This document shows positions 62,021 to 64,000 of a DNA stretch of 64,000 bases, one piece after another. The first letter of the stretch is position 1, and each line of letters opens with the position of its first letter. Source of the DNA: Macrostomum lignano (taxonomy: Eukaryota); the NCBI GenBank assembly GCA_002269645.1, contig NIVC01000869.1:1-64000 (forward strand), given 5' to 3'. The position numbers were made by a program, and so were the translations under genes. The notes beneath the pieces were generated by a model, which made no database searches, was not told the DNA's origin, and was given only the letters and a program-made list of their open reading frames with translations.

Positions 62021-64000
62021 ACATCTACTGACAGCTGCTGACACCTAATAACACCTACTGGCATCTACTGACAGCTGCTGACACCTAATAACACCTACTG
62101 GCATCTACTGACAGCTGCTGACACCTAATAACACCTACTGGCATCTACTGACAGCTGCTGAAACCTAATAACACCTACTGGCATCTACTGACAGCTGCTG
62201 ACACCTAATAACACCTACTGGCATCTACTGACAGCTGCTGACACCTAATAACACCTACTGGCATCTACTGACAGCTGCTGACACCTAATAACACCTACTG
62301 GCACCTACTGATAGCTGCTGACACCTAATAACACCTACTGGCACCTACTGACAGCTGCTGAAACCTAATAACACCTACTGGCACCTACTGACAGCTGCTG
62401 AAACCTAATAACACCTACTGGCACCTTCTGACAGCTGTTGACACCTAATAACACCTACTGGCACCTTCTGACAGCTGCTGACACCTAATAACACCTACTG
62501 GCACCTTCTGACAGCTGCTGACACCTAATAACACCTACTGGCACCTACTGACAGCTGCTGAAACCTAATAACACCTACTGGCACCTACTGACAGCTGCTG
62601 AAACCTAATAACACCTACTGGCACCTTCTGACAGCTGTTGACACCTAATAACACCTACTGGCACCTACTGATAGCTGCTGACACCTAATAACACCTACTG
62701 GCATCTACTGACAGCTGCTGACACCTAATAACACCTACTGGCACCTTCTGACAGCTGCTGAAACCTAATAACACCTACTGGCACCTACTGATAGCTGCTG
62801 ACACCTAATAACACCTACTGGCACCTACTGACAGCTGCTGACACCTAATAACACCTACTGGCACCTACTGACAGCTGCTGACACCTAATAACACCTACTG
62901 GCACCTACTGACAGCTGCTGACACCTAATAACACCTACTGGCATCTACTGACAGCTGCTGACACCTAATAACACCTACTGGCACCTACTGATAGCTGCTG
63001 ACACCTAATAACACCTACTGGCACCTTCTGACAGCTGTTGACACCTAATAACACCTACTGGCACCTACTGACAGCTGCTGAAACCTAATAACACCTACTG
63101 GCACCTACTGACAGCTGCTGAAACCTAATAACACCTACTGGCACCTTCTGACAGCTGTTGACACCTAATAACACCTACTGACACCTGCTGACAGCTGCTG
63201 ACACCTAATAACACCTACTGGCACCTTCTGATAGCTGCTGACACCTAATAACACCTACTGGCACCTACTGATAGCTGCTGACACCTAATAACACCTACTG
63301 GCACCTACTGACAGCTGCTGACACCTAATAACACCTACTGGCACCTACTGACAGCTGTTGACACCTAATAACACCTACTGGCACCTACTGACAGCTGCTG
63401 ACACCTAATAACACCTACTGGCACCTACTGACAGCTGCTGACACCTAATAACACCTACTGGCATCTACTGACAGCTGCTGACACCTAATAACACCTACTG
63501 GCACCTACTGACAGCTGCTGACACCTAATAACACCTACTGGCACCTTCTGACAGCTGTTGACACCTAATAACACCTACTGGCACCTACTGACAGCTGCTG
63601 AAACCTAATAACACCTACTGGCACCTACTGACAGCTGCTGAAACCTAATAACACCTACTGGCACCTTCTGACAGCTGTTGACACCTAATAACACCTACTG
63701 ACACCTGCTGACAGCTGCTGACACCTAATAACACCTACTGGCACCTTCTGATAGCTGCTGACACCTAATAACACCTACTGGCACCTACTGATAGCTGCTG
63801 ACACCTAATAACACCTACTGGCACCTACTGACAGCTGCTGACACCTAATAACACCTACTGGCACCTACTGACAGCTGTTGACACCTAATAACACCTACTG
63901 GCACCTACTGACAGCTGCTGACACCTAATAACACCTACTGGCACCTACTGACAGCTGCTGACACCTAATAACACCTACTGGCACCTACTGATAGCTGCTG
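62021..64000. repeat. 40-bp satellite built from four related decamers; runs off the window
   Basis: Unit ACACCTAATA-ACACCTACTG-GCACCTACTG-ACAGCTGCTG, about 49 copies. Confidence 0.97.

Noticed and set aside
62021-64000. CRISPR-like regular array (also 36.7, 48.5 and 56.7 kb)
   Set aside because: No unique spacers, no cas genes and a eukaryotic context; these are plain tandem repeats.

Overview
Repeat-rich metazoan genomic DNA with spliceosomal introns and no prokaryotic features; the species cannot be assigned from sequence alone. The most striking feature is a young, full-length Ty3/Gypsy LTR element (1095-11698; 864-bp near-identical LTRs, CCGG TSD). It carries a viral-type envelope glycoprotein between gag and pol. 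The glycoprotein's C-terminal TM helix is in frame with Pol, it is followed by a cluster of ESCRT late-domain motifs, and a myristoylation-motif tandem-RING ORF lies after pol. The element sits inside a decayed Polinton/Maverick (integrase, penton-like and major-capsid-like remnants). Host genes are a TDC-like PLP decarboxylase lacking the catalytic-loop Tyr, FTCD, a compact Ly6/three-finger GPI protein, and one or two unidentified multi-exon genes. Other mobile DNA includes an intact Ngaro-type tyrosine-recombinase retrotransposon with a -1 frameshift/pseudoknot signal, two P-superfamily elements, a two-gene CMC/EnSpm-like transposon, mariner-type and 80-bp MITEs, and Ginger-like and Harbinger-like remnants. 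Several micro- and minisatellites are also present. All family assignments come from motif recognition by eye; no database searches were run.
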